Shown here in pieces: positions 62,516 to 64,000 of a DNA stretch of 64,000 nt (position 1 is its first letter; each line of letters starts with the position of its first letter). The notes below the pieces were generated by a model. That model had not been told where the DNA came from and did no database searches. It saw only the letters and a list, made by a program, of their open reading frames with translations. Source of the DNA: Terriglobales bacterium (GTDB lineage Bacteria > Acidobacteriota > Terriglobia > Terriglobales > Acidobacteriaceae); assembly GCA_035314185.1 (NCBI GenBank), contig DATFZT010000205.1, positions 2,820 to 66,819 on the forward strand, written 5' to 3'. The position numbers and the translations under genes are program-made.

Positions 62516-63480
62516 TACTGCCCAATCACGCCGAGCCGCACGCCCTTCAGCCTGTTGGGGTCAAACCAGGCTACCTTTTGACCGAACCAGGGTTTGCTGC
62601 CCAGGAGTCTGTACTTCTTGACTGCGCCTGCGAAGTCGCGTGTGCCGAGCAGGTAGGCGACCGGGGTCTCGCCATACTTGGCGAGGCGCTCGGAGAGCCA
62701 GCCTCCGCCCGAAGGAGCTGCCAGTATCACCGGCTCGCCGGGGAAGTAGGCTAGTTTGCCGATGTCTTTCTGCGTCTCGGTTAGAGGAGCGGCCCAGCCG
62801 TAGGCCTTGCGGAACAGGGCAATCGCGGCATCGAGGTTGTTGACCCCGAGGACCACATTCTCGACGCCGTAAACCGGGGCTCCTTTTATGCTGTCTGAGG
62901 TCTGGACGCGCCAGGCGCGTGGCGTCTGGTCTTCGATGATGAAGGGCAGCGTGGAGCCCGGAGTTCCCGAACCGACGTCGGCCGTCTTCCACTCGACCGA
63001 CATGCCGTCGGGGCGCTTGCGGCTGCCCGACTCGGGAGTCTTGACGGGAATTCCGGCGTTCTTCAGGCGATCTGCTTCCTGCAGCAAAACGTTCGTGCCC
63101 ACCGCCCAGGCGCAGGTGACGGCATCCTCGGACATGTACTTCGCCCAAGCGGAGCCGGCGGCGGCTCCCGGTTTTACGGGCGCAATCAGTTCAATGTAAG
63201 TGGTGTCATCGAAGCCAAGGATGGCCATCTGGGTAATGCCGTTGCTGTGGGGACCACCGAGGTCCGGAGTCAAGCCGACATCGGTGAAGACCTGGCGAAG
63301 CGGATCAAGATTCGCTCCACAGATCGACACGTGATCCAGCTCCAGAGTCACGCTCTTGCTTTCCTGCGTAGTATCAGTTTGGGTCATCCCATTTTCAGCC
63401 ATTGCAGCTTGGGAGATGAATAAGAGAACAAGGGTTGCGAAGGACAAACGGCAGCAGATCGGGGAAGTCCGCTTGAACAT
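62515..63480 (-). CDS. Secreted VOC/glyoxalase-like domain protein
   Basis: Signal peptide ([20 protein letters not shown]). Two repeats of the type [18 protein letters not shown] and [18 protein letters not shown] resemble paired glyoxalase-fold modules. Family call is tentative. Confidence 0.55.
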   Translation of the reverse strand: MFKRTSPICCRLSFATLVLLFISQAAMAENGMTQTDTTQESKSVTLELDHVSICGANLDPLRQVFTDVGLTPDLGGPHSNGITQMAILGFDDTTYIELIAPVKPGAAAGSAWAKYMSEDAVTCAWAVGTNVLLQEADRLKNAGIPVKTPESGSRKRPDGMSVEWKTADVGSGTPGSTLPFIIEDQTPRAWRVQTSDSIKGAPVYGVENVVLGVNNLDAAIALFRKAYGWAAPLTETQKDIGKLAYFPGEPVILAAPSGGGWLSERLAKYGETPVAYLLGTRDFAGAVKKYRLLGSKPWFGQKVAWFDPNRLKGVRLGVIGQ

Positions 63481-63573
63481 CCGTGCCTCCTTGGGTGATA
63501 AGAAGAAGACGAAAGACGAATGGTACGCTACAAAGCGCTTGCGGTGAATCTGTTTTTAGGCCTGCGGTTCGAG

Positions 63574-63643
63574 GTGGACGGGCGAGGACGGTCTTCTCGC
63601 CACCGAACTGCTGGGGCAGGGCAGAGCCCCGTCACCACACGAG
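63574..63643. repeat. REP-like composite (B variant plus reverse family C)
   Basis: gtggacgggcgaggacggtcttctcgccaccgaactgctggggcagggcagagccccgtcaccacacgag, 3' of the EF-G gene. Confidence 0.7.
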
Positions 63644-63644
63644 T

Positions 63645-64000
63645 TTATTCCTCTTCTTCTTTTACCTCGCCGCGCTCGGCTTTTGCTTTCTCGATAATCT
63701 TGTCCTGCAATTGTTGCGGGACGACGTCGTAATGATGCATTTCCATGGAGAAGCTGCCGCGGCCCTGGGTCATGGAAGTGAGATCGGCGCCGTAGGTTAG
63801 CATTTCCGCCATGGGCACTTCGGCTTTCACGATGGTGTTGCCGGCTTTGTTGTCCATGCCCTGAATGCGTCCACGGCGGCTGTTGAGGTCTCCCATGATG
63901 GTGCCGGCGAACTCGTCGGGAATGGTGATCTCGACGGTCATGATGGGTTCGAGCAGCGTCGGCTTGGCGGCTTCCATCGCTTTGCGGAAGGCGATGCGGC
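63645..64000 (-). CDS. fusA: Elongation factor G, C-terminal part (N-terminus beyond the window)
   Basis: IAFRKAMEAAKPTLLEPIMTVEITIPDEFAGTIMGDLNSRRGRIQGM...MEMHHYDVVP matches EF-G domains IV/V. The frame stays open to the window edge. Confidence 0.85.
   Translation of the reverse strand, partial: RIAFRKAMEAAKPTLLEPIMTVEITIPDEFAGTIMGDLNSRRGRIQGMDNKAGNTIVKAEVPMAEMLTYGADLTSMTQGRGSFSMEMHHYDVVPQQLQDKIIEKAKAERGEVKEEEE

Noticed and set aside
1-64000. Scan for tRNA, rRNA, tmRNA, transposase, integrase, toxin-antitoxin pairs and known defence-system genes
   Set aside because: I could find no cloverleaf-like or T-loop (GGTTCGAATCC-type) sequences, no rRNA-like stretches, and no ORFs with recombinase, transposase or nuclease hallmark motifs. 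The absence is by eye only and should be confirmed with tRNAscan, Infernal and HMM tools.

Overview
GC-rich bacterial chromosomal window covering the replication-origin neighbourhood. It holds rpmH-rnpA-yidD-yidC-jag-dnaA-dnaN (52.6-59.4 kb), mnmE (50.6-52.1 kb) and rsmG-parS(x3)-parA-parB (31.9-35.2 kb). Other housekeeping genes are miaA, hemB, dtd, acpP-fabF, fabZ-lpxA-lpxI, mscL, rpmB, ruvB, and a partial EF-G and a partial GH3 at the window edges. There is also a heavy signalling load: ECF sigma/anti-sigma/CHAT, Ser/Thr kinase-TPR, hybrid histidine kinase, STAS, a sigma54 activator, PadR, a CadC-like regulator and PilZ. Gene content and repeat style suggest an Acidobacteriota-like soil bacterium, but that is inference only. 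I saw no rRNA, tRNA, CRISPR, transposase, integrase or prophage genes. Main hunt results follow. (1) At 42.6-50.4 kb a sigma54 activator sits next to a near-consensus -24/-12 promoter that drives two paralogous small cationic ORFs (MSIQKKSLI...). These converge on a three-gene operon with no pump gene: 3xGAF-HlyD, lipoprotein HlyD, and an S2P/M50 metalloprotease-HlyD fusion. This is my best candidate for an undescribed peptide processing/export or signalling system. (2) Several families of GC-rich hairpin (REP-like) repeats fill the intergenic regions. Copies are also read through in frame inside mnmE, rsmG, parB, a Gfo/Idh/MocA oxidoreductase and the tail of yidD. (3) Two genes (fabF and the oxidoreductase) appear to need a CTG start placed 7 nt after GGAG. 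(4) There is a candidate oriC in the dnaA-dnaN spacer and a triple parS cluster. (5) Three apparent single-base frame breaks sit at short homopolymers, one of which splits an anti-sigma/TPR ORF from a CHAT ORF. These could be real pseudogenisation or assembly error. All coordinates and motifs were read by eye from the sequence and ORF track; no searches were run.
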